Shown here piece by piece: positions 18,636 to 27,661 of a DNA stretch of 64,000 nt. Numbering within the stretch: position 1 is the stretch's first letter; each line of letters begins with the position of its first letter. Position numbers and translations under genes: made by a program. The notes under the pieces are model-generated. The model saw only the letters and a list, made by a program, of their open reading frames with translations, ran no database searches and was not told the origin of the DNA. This stretch comes from Candidatus Spyradocola sp. (GTDB taxonomy: Bacteria; Bacillota; Clostridia; Christensenellales; UBA1750), in NCBI GenBank assembly GCA_034113365.1, contig JAXEXP010000102.1:455-64454 (forward strand), written 5' to 3'.

Positions 18636-20147
18636 ATGCAGCGCTCCGCCCGCTTCGTCCCCAACCTGAAAAACACGCTCGTGACGCTGTCCATCCTGCT
18701 GGGCTCGATCCTGACGGGCTTTGCGTTTGACGCGCTGGGCCTGCTGGAGATCAACATCTACACCGTGTTCATACTGGGCATACTGGTCACCGCGGTGGTC
18801 ACCTCCAGCGTGTTCTTCGGCGTGCTCTCCTGCGTGGGCGGCGTGTTCCTGTTCAATTTTCTGTTTGCCGAGCCGCGCTTTTCGGTGGAGGCCGCCAACT
18901 TCGGCTACCCGGTGGACTTCATCATCCTGCTGGGCGTGACGCTGCTGGTCAGCTCGCTCTCCCGCGCCAACGAGCGCATGGCCTTCCGCACGCGCACGCT
19001 GCTGGCCACCGACCAGCTGTTTCTGAAGGCCTCCGGCGCGGAGGAGATCGTGTCCATCGCCGCGGAGCAGCTGCTCCGCCTGCTGCGCCGCCCGCTGGTC
19101 TACCTGCCCGTGGAGGCGGGCACGCCCGGCCAGCCGCGGTTCTTCGGCCCGGGCCGGCTGCGCAATTCCTTTGACGGGGACGCCGTGCGCTGGGTGCTCA
19201 AGACGGGCGAGCCCGCAGGCGCGCGCACCGCGCTGTTCACCCGCGCGCAGTACGCCTACGCTCCCGTGCGCACCGCCGAGCGCACCTTCGGCGTGATGGG
19301 CGTGGAGGTCGGGCGCAAGCCGCTGACGGACATGGAGCGCGGGCTGATGCGCTCGCTGCTGAGCGAGTGCGCGCTGACGCTGGAGCGCGACTACTTTAAC
19401 CGCCTGCGCGAGGAGGAGGCCGTCCGCGCGCGCAACGAGCAGCTGCGCGCCACGCTGCTGCGCTCCATCTCCCACGACCTGCGCACGCCGCTGACCAGCA
19501 TATCGGGCAACGCCGCGCTGCTGTGCGACCCCGACCGCGCGCTGACGGACGCGCAGCGCACCAAGCTGGCGCACGGCATCTGCGACGACGCACAGTGGCT
19601 GCTGGGCACGGTGGAAAACGTGCTCTCCGTCACCCGCATGGAGGAGGGGCGCATGGCGCTGCAGCTGCGGCCCGAGCTGATCGGCGAGGTGCTGTCCGAG
19701 GCCGTGGCGCGCACAGCCAAGCTGGCCCCCGGCCGCGCCATCGCGCTGGAGCAGCAGGACGACCTGCTGATGGCGCGCATCGACGCGCAGCTCATCATGC
19801 AGGTGGTGCTCAACCTGCTGGACAACGCCGTCAAGTACACCCCCGCCGGGTCGCACATCGCAGTGCGCGCCTTCTCCCGCGAGGACCGCGTGGTGGTGGA
19901 GGTGGCGGACGACGGCCCGGGTATCCCGGACGCCAACAAGGCGCGCGTGTTCGAGATGTTCTACACCACCGCCTCCGGCTCCATCGACGGCCGCCGCGGG
20001 CTGGGGCTGGGCCTTGCGCTGTGCAGGGCCATCGTCAATGCGCACGGCGGCGAGCTGACCGTGCGGGACAACGCGCCCCGCGGCACGGTCTTTGCCTTCA
20101 CACTTTGCCAGGAAAGGATTGAGATGCCATGTCAGACCACCCACTGA
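18636..20147 (+). CDS. sensor histidine kinase, KdpD C-terminal type (DUF4118 membrane domain + GAF-like + HisKA + HATPase)
   Basis: Start trimmed to the ATG at 18636 (AAGGAGG upstream). The H-box is SISHDLRTPLTSI, with N, G1 and G2 boxes downstream. The N-terminal KdpD/Usp sensor half is absent. Confidence 0.85.
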   Translation: MQRSARFVPNLKNTLVTLSILLGSILTGFAFDALGLLEINIYTVFILGILVTAVVTSSVFFGVLSCVGGVFLFNFLFAEPRFSVEAANFGYPVDFIILLGVTLLVSSLSRANERMAFRTRTLLATDQLFLKASGAEEIVSIAAEQLLRLLRRPLVYLPVEAGTPGQPRFFGPGRLRNSFDGDAVRWVLKTGEPAGARTALFTRAQYAYAPVRTAERTFGVMGVEVGRKPLTDMERGLMRSLLSECALTLERDYFNRLREEEAVRARNEQLRATLLRSISHDLRTPLTSISGNAALLCDPDRALTDAQRTKLAHGICDDAQWLLGTVENVLSVTRMEEGRMALQLRPELIGEVLSEAVARTAKLAPGRAIALEQQDDLLMARIDAQLIMQVVLNLLDNAVKYTPAGSHIAVRAFSREDRVVVEVADDGPGIPDANKARVFEMFYTTASGSIDGRRGLGLGLALCRAIVNAHGGELTVRDNAPRGTVFAFTLCQERIEMPCQTTH

Positions 20148-20827
20148 TCCTCGTCGTAGAGGACGACAGCGCCGTTCAGAACCTGATCGTCACCGCGCTG
20201 GAGACGACGCATGCCTACCGCCTGTGCACCGCCGATACCGGCACGCAGGCCATCATCGAGGCAGCCACGCAGCAGCCCGCCATCATGCTGCTGGACCTGG
20301 GCCTGCCCGATATGGACGGCGTGGAGGTCATCGCCAAGGTGCGCGCCTGGTCGGACATGCCCATCATCGTCATCTCCGCCCGCAGCCAGGACGACGACAA
20401 GATCGACGCGCTGGACGCCGGCGCCGACGACTACCTGACCAAGCCCTTCTCGGTGGACGAGCTGCTGGCCCGCATGCGCGGCACGCTGCGCCGCCTGCAC
20501 TACATCAAGGCCTCCGCGCAGGACGCCGTGTTCGTCAACGGCGACCTGACGGTGGACTACGACGCGGGCACCGCGACCCTTGCCGGCCAGGAGCTGCACC
20601 TGACGCCGCTGGAGTACCGCCTGCTGTGCGTGCTGTGCCGCAACGCGGGCCGCGTGCTCACCCACACCTACCTCACCCGCGAGATCTGGGGCTCCGCGCT
20701 GGACAGCGACATCGCCTCGCTGCGCGTGTTCATGGCCACGCTGCGCAAAAAGCTGCAGCCCCGCCCCGACTCCCCACAGTTCATCCAGACGCACGTGGGC
20801 ATCGGCTACCGCATGGTCAAGCTCTGA
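20129..20827 (+). CDS. OmpR-family response regulator, KdpE-like
   Basis: 232 aa. The receiver has the phospho-acceptor context IMLLDLGLPDMDG. The winged-helix C-terminus has LTPLEYRLL...VGIGYRM. It overlaps the kinase gene by 19 nt. Confidence 0.9.
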   Translation: MSDHPLILVVEDDSAVQNLIVTALETTHAYRLCTADTGTQAIIEAATQQPAIMLLDLGLPDMDGVEVIAKVRAWSDMPIIVISARSQDDDKIDALDAGADDYLTKPFSVDELLARMRGTLRRLHYIKASAQDAVFVNGDLTVDYDAGTATLAGQELHLTPLEYRLLCVLCRNAGRVLTHTYLTREIWGSALDSDIASLRVFMATLRKKLQPRPDSPQFIQTHVGIGYRMVKL

Positions 20828-20846
20828 TTCCCTCAAAGCAATACAA

Positions 20847-20892
20847 CAGCGCCCGCGCAGAGTCTCTCCGGCTCGCGCGGGCGCTGCTTTTT
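20847..20892. terminator. bidirectional terminator between the response regulator and the SDR gene
   Basis: CAGCGCCCGCGC-...-CGCGCGGGCGCTG is followed by CTTTTT on the plus strand, and an A-rich tract precedes it. Confidence 0.7.
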
Positions 20893-21652
20893 ACTGTTTC
20901 TGGCTGTCCATGTACCGCTGCGTCATCATGCTCATCATGCGCCCCATGCGGATGGGCGCCAGGTAGCACAGCAGCGTCTGCACCTTCTGCGACAGGCTGT
21001 GGCAGAGTATGAACCGTTTGCCGCCGATGTGCCTGGCCAGCCCCCGCCCCACCTTCTGCGGGTCGGCCATGAACTCCTTGGGCACGGGCAGGGGTGATGC
21101 GGACGCCGTGCGCGTCAGCGGCGGATGGAAGATGTGGAAGGTGATGTTGTCCTTCGCGTATTCGATGCGCATGCACTTTGCCAGCGCCTCGATCGCGCCC
21201 TTGCTCGACGCATAGGGGCTGATGTTGACAAACCCCGTCACGCCCACGCCGCTGCTGGTGAAGATCACCCGCCCGCCACCCTGCTGCTTCAGCACGGGCA
21301 CGGCCGCGCGCGTCAGGTTCAGCGCGCCGAAGTAGTTGACGTCCAGCACGTCGCGGTAGACCTCGTCGGGCGTGTCCTCCATCGCGTCGAACGTGCACCG
21401 GCAGGCGTTGTGCACCGCGCAGTCCACTCCACCGAACCGTTCCGCACTTTTCAGCACCGCCTCCCGCACGACCTCGCCGTCGCGCACGTCCCCGCAGATG
21501 GCCAGCAGCCGCTCCGGATATTGCTTCTCCAACGTCTCCAGCAGCGCAATGTCCTTGTCCAGTATGGTCACATTCCATCCGTCGCGCAGCAGCTGCTCGG
21601 CAAACCAATACCCGATCCCCTGAGCCGCACCTGTCACAAACACATTCTTCAT
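20891..21652 (-). CDS. SDR family oxidoreductase
   Basis: Start trimmed to the ATG at 21652 (MKNVFVTGAAQGIGYWF, a TGxxxGxG NAD(P) motif). The catalytic YxxxK is in YASSKGA. 253 aa. Confidence 0.85.
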   Translation of the reverse strand: MKNVFVTGAAQGIGYWFAEQLLRDGWNVTILDKDIALLETLEKQYPERLLAICGDVRDGEVVREAVLKSAERFGGVDCAVHNACRCTFDAMEDTPDEVYRDVLDVNYFGALNLTRAAVPVLKQQGGGRVIFTSSGVGVTGFVNISPYASSKGAIEALAKCMRIEYAKDNITFHIFHPPLTRTASASPLPVPKEFMADPQKVGRGLARHIGGKRFILCHSLSQKVQTLLCYLAPIRMGRMMSMMTQRYMDSQKQ

Positions 21653-21734
21653 CTCATTATCCCTTTTTCCAAACTGTACCCATCTTCCCTGCACAGCCCG
21701 CCACTTTCCGCTTAACCGCTATATCGCTCCAGAG

Positions 21735-21835
21735 CACTGAGAGGCTCCCCGCTCCGCCCCAGGCTTCCCCAAAGGGAAGCCCGCTGCGAAGCGGAGAGCT
21801 GCCGGCCTTCGGCCGGCTGAAGGGTGCGTCCCCCG
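21735..21835 (+). repeat. intergenic modular hairpin repeat, copy D (short)
   Basis: The sequence runs GGCTTCCC-caaa-GGGAAGCC, CGCT-gcga-AGCG, GAGAGCTG, then GCCGGCC-ttc-GGCCGGC (21801-21817) followed by TGAAGGGTG. This is the same architecture as 61025-61088. Confidence 0.75.
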
Positions 21836-21841
21836 TTCCTG

Positions 21842-22261
21842 CTAGAGTACACCGAGTTCCGCCGCCCAGCGGAACAAGTACGGCGTGATATTCGGATAGG
21901 TCAGGTTCTCCGGCAGCGCGTCAAACAGCCTGACCTCCGCCATCTCGCTCTCGGGCATACCGCCCATCTCCTCGATCTGCGCCAGAAACACCTCGCCGCA
22001 CGCCTCGCCCCTGGGGTCCTTCGCCCAGTAGTCGAACAGCGGCTTTATCTCGAACCGCACCGCGCCGCTCTCCTCGTACAGCTCGCGCCTTGCGGCCTCC
22101 AGCGGCGTCTCTCCCGCCTCGATGTGCCCGCCCTGCGTCTCCCACGTCTCGCGCTGCCTGTGCCGCGAGAGCAGGATCTTCCCCCGATGGCGCGACAGCA
22201 CCACCACAAACTTCAGCTCCTTCGCATCGCCCAGCTCCAGCCTTCTGCAATCGTAGTCCAT
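21842..22261 (-). CDS. NUDIX hydrolase
   Basis: 139 aa with the Nudix box GGHIEAGETPLEAARRELYEESG. Confidence 0.85.
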   Translation of the reverse strand: MDYDCRRLELGDAKELKFVVVLSRHRGKILLSRHRQRETWETQGGHIEAGETPLEAARRELYEESGAVRFEIKPLFDYWAKDPRGEACGEVFLAQIEEMGGMPESEMAEVRLFDALPENLTYPNITPYLFRWAAELGVL

Positions 22262-22276
22262 GCCTGCCTCCTCATC

Positions 22277-22954
22277 CTAAAGGAACAGCGAGATCAGCAC
22301 CGTCATCAGCCCCGCCACGCCGATCGCAATGGAGCTCATCGCGCCCTGCACCTCGCCCAGCTCCATCGCCTTTGTGGTGCCAATGGCGTGCGAGCAGGCG
22401 CCGATCGCCACGCCCTGCACCACGGGGTCCTTCACGCGGAAGATCTTCACCAGCAGCGGCGCGGTCATCGCGCCCAGTATGCCCGTTAAGATCACCGCGG
22501 CCACCGTCACCGGCACAATGCCGCCCAGCGCCTCGGACACCGCCATCGCAATGGGCGTGGTGACGGACTTGGGCAGCATGGTCGCCGCCAGCTCCTCAGA
22601 CAGCCCGAACGCCCTGCACAGCAAATACGCGCTCACCATCGACGCCACCGAGCCCACCAGGCACCCGACCACCACCGGCACAAAGTACCGTCCCAGCACC
22701 TTGCGCTGGTTGTAGATGGACACCGCCAGCGCCGCCGTCGCCGGGCCCAGAAACACCGAGATGAACTGCGCGCCCTTGCGGTAGTTGTCCAGCGGGATGC
22801 GCAGCAGCTGCAGCGCCAGGATCACCACGACCACCGCGATCAGCAGCGGGTTGAACAGCGGCAGCTTCGTCTTTTTGTTGAGCCACACGCCCAGCGCAAA
22901 GGCCGCAATGCTCAGCACAATGCCAAACAGATAGGAATCCGTCCACGCGCTCAT
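22277..22954 (-). CDS. lrgB: LrgB family membrane protein
   Basis: Start trimmed to the ATG at 22954, overlapping the lrgA stop (ATGA). 225 aa polytopic membrane protein with the typical LrgB C-terminus GACSHAIGTTKAMELGE. Confidence 0.85.
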   Translation of the reverse strand: MSAWTDSYLFGIVLSIAAFALGVWLNKKTKLPLFNPLLIAVVVVILALQLLRIPLDNYRKGAQFISVFLGPATAALAVSIYNQRKVLGRYFVPVVVGCLVGSVASMVSAYLLCRAFGLSEELAATMLPKSVTTPIAMAVSEALGGIVPVTVAAVILTGILGAMTAPLLVKIFRVKDPVVQGVAIGACSHAIGTTKAMELGEVQGAMSSIAIGVAGLMTVLISLFL

Positions 22955-23319
22955 GCCTTTTTCCCTCCCAGCTTGCCCTGCACCCACAGGCACAGCCCCG
23001 CCGCGCCCGCCGTCGCCGCAAAGGTGATCACCGTCGTCAGCACCAGCACGCACAGCAGCGGCAGGATCTTGTCCGCCACGGGCTTGTAGTTCTCCAGGAT
23101 CTCCACGCCCGCCGGTATGAAGAAAAACGCCATGTTTTTGGACAGAAAATCCGTCACGTCCCCGATCTGCCGCAGCTTTACCGCCCGCGTGAGCAGCAGC
23201 GCGAACAGCAGCAGCATCGAAATGACGCTCGACGGGAAGGCAAAGGGAAGCGCCAGCGCGATCCCTTCGCCCACAAAACAGATCAGCAGCAAAATCAACA
23301 GTTGTTTGAGTATCTTCAT
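22951..23319 (-). CDS. lrgA: CidA/LrgA family holin-like protein
   Basis: 122 aa with four TM helices, directly upstream of and overlapping lrgB. Confidence 0.8.
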   Translation of the reverse strand: MKILKQLLILLLICFVGEGIALALPFAFPSSVISMLLLFALLLTRAVKLRQIGDVTDFLSKNMAFFFIPAGVEILENYKPVADKILPLLCVLVLTTVITFAATAGAAGLCLWVQGKLGGKKA

Positions 23320-23346
23320 GGTTTATCCGTCAAATTCTTCCTCGCA

Positions 23347-25134
23347 TCAGATGGCGCGCGTCTCCTGCCGCAGCCAAACCTTCTCCTCCTCGCTCAGGTA
23401 GGGCGAGAGCTTCTCGTACACTGCCTCGTGGTACGCGTTGAGGAAGGCGCGCTCGGCGGCGGTCATCATTTCCGGCAGCACGGGCGCAAGGTCGATGGGC
23501 GCAAACGTCAGCGTCTCAAAGTGCATGAACTGGCCGTACTCGTTCGCCTCGCCCTTGACGCACAGCAGCTCGTTCTCGATGCGGATGCCGTGGCTGCCCT
23601 CGATGTACACGCCCGGCTCGTCGGTGGTGATCATGCCCTCCTCCAGCACGCAGCTGTCGTTGCGCTCGGGCACGATGCGCCAGCGGAAGCCGTTCGGGGG
23701 CTCGTGCACCCCGCCGATGTGCGCCACGCCGTGACCCGTGCCGCACTTGTAGTCAATGCCCACGTCCCACAGCGGCCCGCGCGCCAGTATGTCCAGATTG
23801 ATGCCGCGGCAGCCGTACAGGAAGTGCGCGCGGGAGAGGTTGATCATGCCGCGCAGCGTGGCGGTGTAGTGCTCCTTCCACTCCTTCGGCATGTCGCCCA
23901 GCGCGATGGTTCTGGTGATGTCGGTGGTGCCGTCCAGGTAGGTTCCGCCGCTGTCCACCAGCAGGAAGCCGCGCGGTTCCAGCTTCGCCGCAGAACCGGG
24001 CTTTGCCGAGTAGTGCATCATCGCGGCGTTTTCGTTGTACGCGCAGATGGTGTCAAACGACAGCTCCAGGAAGCCCTCCTGCTCGGCGCGCCTTGCCTCC
24101 AGATAGTCGCTGGCCACGATCTCGTCCATTTCCATCTTCCCGATATTTTGCTTGAGCCAGTACAGGAATTTGGTGTACGCCACGCCGTCCTTGATGTGCG
24201 CGTTGCGCGTGTTGGCGATCTCGGTGGCGTTCTTGATGGCCTTCTTCAGCGTGACGGGCGACTGCTTGTCCAGTATCTTCGCGCCCGCGGGGATGCGGGT
24301 GTAGGCCGCGTAATTGAGCTTGTTGGTGTCGATCCACACGCACGCGCCGTCCGGAATTCCCGCAATATAATCGTAGAATCCCTCATAGGGCATCACATCC
24401 ACGCCGTCCGCCCGCAGAGACTCCACCACCTCGTCGCTCAGCGCCGCCGCCTGCGCAAACAGCGTCACCTTCTGCTGCTCCACCGCCGCGAACGCCAGCA
24501 GATAGGGGTTGTAGTCGATGTCGCCGCCGCGGATGTTGAGCAGCCACGCCACGTCGTCCAGCCCGGGCAGCAGCATCACCGTCGCGCCCTCGCGCGCCAT
24601 GTCCTCGCGCAGGCCCTTGACCTTGTCCGCCGTGGACACGCCCGCTTCGCTCAGCTTCAGCCGGAACGCGGGCTGTGCGCTCAGCGCAGGGCGGTCCTGC
24701 CAGATCTCGCCCACCAGGTCCTTGTCCGCCGCGAACGTGATTTCCTTGTCCGCCAGCACCTTTTGCAGCTTTTTGACCATGCCGGTGTACACCACGCGGC
24801 CGTCAAAGCCCAGCGTGTCGCCCTTGGGCAGCTTCTGCGCCAGATACTCCTCCACCGTGGGCACGCCCGGCTCGCTCATCTTCATCAGCCTAAAGCCGCT
24901 GCCTTCCAGCTGCGCGGCCGCCTGAATGAAGTAGCGCCCGTCGGTCCACATCCCGGCGTCGTCCATCATGGCCACCGCCACGCCCGCCGAGCCCGTAAAG
25001 CCCGTCAGATACGCCCGCGCCTTGAAGTGCGCGCCCACATACTCCGACTCATGGCAGTCCGCCGTGGGCACGATGTAGGCGTCCATGCCCTCGCGCGCCA
25101 TCAGCCGGCGCAGCGCTTCCAGTTTCTCACTCAT
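23347..25134 (-). CDS. Xaa-Pro aminopeptidase (M24B, aminopeptidase P family)
   Basis: Start trimmed to the ATG at 25134 (MSEKLEALRRLMAREGMDAYIVPT...). Creatinase-like N-domains are followed by an M24 catalytic domain (HGVAHIGGVHE...EPGVY). 595 aa. Confidence 0.9.
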   Translation of the reverse strand: MSEKLEALRRLMAREGMDAYIVPTADCHESEYVGAHFKARAYLTGFTGSAGVAVAMMDDAGMWTDGRYFIQAAAQLEGSGFRLMKMSEPGVPTVEEYLAQKLPKGDTLGFDGRVVYTGMVKKLQKVLADKEITFAADKDLVGEIWQDRPALSAQPAFRLKLSEAGVSTADKVKGLREDMAREGATVMLLPGLDDVAWLLNIRGGDIDYNPYLLAFAAVEQQKVTLFAQAAALSDEVVESLRADGVDVMPYEGFYDYIAGIPDGACVWIDTNKLNYAAYTRIPAGAKILDKQSPVTLKKAIKNATEIANTRNAHIKDGVAYTKFLYWLKQNIGKMEMDEIVASDYLEARRAEQEGFLELSFDTICAYNENAAMMHYSAKPGSAAKLEPRGFLLVDSGGTYLDGTTDITRTIALGDMPKEWKEHYTATLRGMINLSRAHFLYGCRGINLDILARGPLWDVGIDYKCGTGHGVAHIGGVHEPPNGFRWRIVPERNDSCVLEEGMITTDEPGVYIEGSHGIRIENELLCVKGEANEYGQFMHFETLTFAPIDLAPVLPEMMTAAERAFLNAYHEAVYEKLSPYLSEEEKVWLRQETRAI

Positions 25135-26074
25135 CTGTCTCATCCTCCGTCGCATTGTTTTCAGGGGAAAGGTAACGCCTGACGCCCTGCGCCAGGCAGG
25201 CAATGTTGCGCTCGTCCAGCACCGTATCCCGCTTGGTGTGGATGCGGTTCAGGTAGAAGCCCACGCCCTTTCTGCGCTTGAGCGCCGCAACGCCCACGCC
25301 GCAGGGGAAATTGACCTGATCCGAGGGGTACAGCGTGCTCGAGTCGCTGAAAAAGTGCACCCGCTTGCCCTCCACGGGCTGGAATGCGGCGCGCAGCCGC
25401 GCTTCATACGGCTTTGCGCCCTTGCTCAGCACCAGCATCAGTTCGTCGCCGTCGGATACGCAGTCAAAGTTGAGCAGCAGCTTGTCCTTCATCTGCTTTT
25501 TGTGCACCTTGGCAAAGCGCATGGAGCCCAGCAGCCCGTTCTCCTCGTTGTCAAAGAACACCAGCGCCGCGCGGCTGCGCTCCTCCTCGGTCATCGCCTC
25601 ATACGCCTCCATCAGCGTCAGCACGCCCGAGGTGTTGTCGTTGGCGGTGTGCGGATTGGCCGGCCCCAGCAGGAACACCGCCAGCAGCGGCACCAGCACG
25701 CCCAGCAGAAAGCCCAGATAGTTGGGCAAAAACGCATCCGTCACCTGCGCCACCAGCCACCATACCGCCAGCCCGATGGCAAAAAACGGTATGCAGATGC
25801 CAATGCTGTACAGCAGGTACAGCGGGATGTTGCGCGGCGAGATGAAGTTGGGGAAGGGCAGCTGCGCGCAGGTGTCGTAATGCGCGGTCAGCACCACCTC
25901 CGCCGTCTCCACGTTCCCGATCACCAGATTGCGGCTGCGCAGCGCGCCGCCCTCTTCCACCGCCGCCTGCGGATAGATTTCCCGCATGTGCGCAAGAAAC
26001 GCCGTCTTCTGCGCGCGCGTCTTGCGCACCTGGAATTGGTCGAATACCTGTTTTGCGCTCTCGGTCACACACAT
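25127..26074 (-). CDS. M28-family metallopeptidase with an internal membrane segment
   Basis: 315 aa with HYDT..., NDNTSGV and DNEENGLLGS metal-ligand motifs. A hydrophobic insert (IPLYLLYSIGICIPFFAIGLAVWWL...) is present. It overlaps the aminopeptidase P start by 8 nt. The start could be GTG 26068. Confidence 0.75.
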   Translation of the reverse strand: MCVTESAKQVFDQFQVRKTRAQKTAFLAHMREIYPQAAVEEGGALRSRNLVIGNVETAEVVLTAHYDTCAQLPFPNFISPRNIPLYLLYSIGICIPFFAIGLAVWWLVAQVTDAFLPNYLGFLLGVLVPLLAVFLLGPANPHTANDNTSGVLTLMEAYEAMTEEERSRAALVFFDNEENGLLGSMRFAKVHKKQMKDKLLLNFDCVSDGDELMLVLSKGAKPYEARLRAAFQPVEGKRVHFFSDSSTLYPSDQVNFPCGVGVAALKRRKGVGFYLNRIHTKRDTVLDERNIACLAQGVRRYLSPENNATEDETDE

Positions 26075-26162
26075 TCCTCCTCCTGCACGATTATATCACA
26101 AACTGCAGCCCTGTGCACCCCGCCCTGCAAATTTGTTGTCCCCGGCGGATTTTACATTGCTC

Positions 26163-26291
26163 CCCCACAGTTTGGAGGTCGCCCTTTTGCGCACCCCAAC
26201 ATGTTGTGGGGCGAAAATCCGTTTCCCACAAGTTTTGCACAGCCTGTGGATAACTTTGGGGAAAACTTTGGGACAACCCTGGGGAAAGCGT
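26163..26291. promoter_or_regulatory. cluster of DnaA-box-like motifs (one perfect box) plus three helically phased TTGGG(G)A units
   Basis: A perfect TGTGGATAA lies at 26245-26253. Weaker xTxTCCxCA-like matches lie near 26164, 26205, 26224, 26257, 26268 and 26280. The tandem units are CTTTGGGGAAAA / CTTTGGGACAAC / CCTGGGGAAAGC. Confidence 0.4.
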
Positions 26292-26522
26292 GTGCATGAC
26301 CCCTGTCAAGTGGGCGGGCGTGTAAAATTTTTCCCGGCCGCCCCGCGATTCCGCCTGATGAAACGGCGCGTACTTTTAGGACGGAGCACGTTTTGTCGCG
26401 CATTATGAAAGAAATCCTGCCTTTGCTCCCTCAAGCCCGCTCCGGCGCGCGGCTTTACTTTTTTGCCGCATCGCGCTATACTGGAACGGAATATCATCTG
26501 CAAGGCAGGGAGGTCGGGTTTT

Positions 26523-27479
26523 ATGAAGCTGTCGGTGCTGGGCTGCGGGCGCTGGGGCGCCTTTATCGCGTGGTATCTGGACCGTTTGGGGCACGAGGTG
26601 GCGCTGTACGGGCGCGAGCAGTCCTGGCGCATGGCGCAGCTGCGCTCCACGCGCAAGAACGACCTGCTGGAGCTGCCCGAGCGCGTCGAGCTGACGAGCG
26701 ATCTGACGCACGCGGTGCAGCGCGCGCAGTGGGTCGTGATCTCGGTGGGCGTGCAGTCCTTCCGCGGGCTGGCGCAGGAGCTGGCGGCGCTGCATACGCC
26801 CCTCCCGCCGCTGGTGCTGTGCATGAAGGGCCTGGAGGAGGGCACCGGCGCGCGGCTGACGCAGGTGGCGGCGCAGGAGCTGGGTCCCGTGCCCTGCGCC
26901 ATCTGGGTGGGGCCGGGCCATGTGCAGGACTTCACGCGCTGCATCCCCAACTGCATGGTCATCGACTCTGCGGACGAGGCGCTCAAGCGCGCGCTGGTGG
27001 ACGCCTTCTCCTCCGAGCTCATCCGCTTCTACTACGGCAGCGACCTGATCGGCAACGAGATCGGCGCGGCGGCCAAGAACGTGATCGGCATCGCGGCGGG
27101 CATGCTGGACGGCTACCACCTGACCTCGCTCAAGGGCGCGCTGATGGCGCGCGGCACGCGGGAGATCGGCAGACTCATCCAAGCGCTGGGCGGTCAGGAG
27201 CACACCGCCTACGGCCTGTCCCACCTGGGCGACTACGAGGCCACCGTGTTCTCGCCCCACAGCCACAACCGCGCCTTTGGCGAGGCGTTTGCGCGCAGGG
27301 AACCGTACACGCAGCTGGCGGAGGGCGCGGCCACCACGCGAGCGCTGTGCCGGTTGGCGGAGCAGTGCGGCGTTGAGCTGCCCATCTGCCGCGCGGTGGA
27401 GGACATACTCTACAACGGCTGCGATCCGAAGCAGGCGATGGACGCGCTGTTCGCACGCGACCTGAAGCGGGAGTTTTGA
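26523..27479 (+). CDS. gpsA: NAD(P)H-dependent glycerol-3-phosphate dehydrogenase
   Basis: Start trimmed to the ATG at 26523 (GGGAGG upstream). The product MKLSVLGCGRWGAFIAWYL... has a Rossmann GxGxxG motif, and NEIGAAAKNVIGIAAG is present. 318 aa. Confidence 0.9.
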   Translation: MKLSVLGCGRWGAFIAWYLDRLGHEVALYGREQSWRMAQLRSTRKNDLLELPERVELTSDLTHAVQRAQWVVISVGVQSFRGLAQELAALHTPLPPLVLCMKGLEEGTGARLTQVAAQELGPVPCAIWVGPGHVQDFTRCIPNCMVIDSADEALKRALVDAFSSELIRFYYGSDLIGNEIGAAAKNVIGIAAGMLDGYHLTSLKGALMARGTREIGRLIQALGGQEHTAYGLSHLGDYEATVFSPHSHNRAFGEAFARREPYTQLAEGAATTRALCRLAEQCGVELPICRAVEDILYNGCDPKQAMDALFARDLKREF

Positions 27480-27503
27480 GCGTGAAAAAGGGCTGTCCGG
27501 GGG
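27386..27503 (+). repeat. direct repeat copy 1 (authentic gpsA 3-prime end plus the first half of the terminator)
   Basis: About 115 bp matches 27567-27680 at roughly nine positions in ten by eye. Confidence 0.85.
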
Positions 27504-27566
27504 GGTTCCTTGAACAACCTATTTTGAGATCAGATGATGGAGCGTTTTTTCGTCGCACAGCCACAA

Positions 27567-27657
27567 CTGCGCGGTGGAGGACATGTTCTACAACGGCTGC
27601 GACCCGAAGCAGGCGATGGACGCGCTGTTTGCACGGGATCTGAAGCGGGAATTTTGA
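27567..27657 (+). pseudogene. orphan duplicate of the last ~28 codons of gpsA
   Basis: It reads ...NCAVEDMFYNGCDPKQAMDALFARDLKREF* in frame, against CRAVEDILYNGCDPKQAMDALFARDLKREF* in gpsA. There is no start codon and an in-frame TGA lies 13 codons upstream. Confidence 0.75.
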
Positions 27658-27661
27658 GCGT

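Noticed and set aside
26075-26522. The DnaA-box cluster interpreted as the chromosomal replication origin (oriC).
   Set aside because: No dnaA, dnaN or rpmH lies nearby. I found no convincing AT-rich unwinding element. Gene orientation does not switch at this point, since rpsB, the dnaK operon and most genes to the right remain on the minus strand. I kept it only as a DnaA-box or regulator-site cluster.
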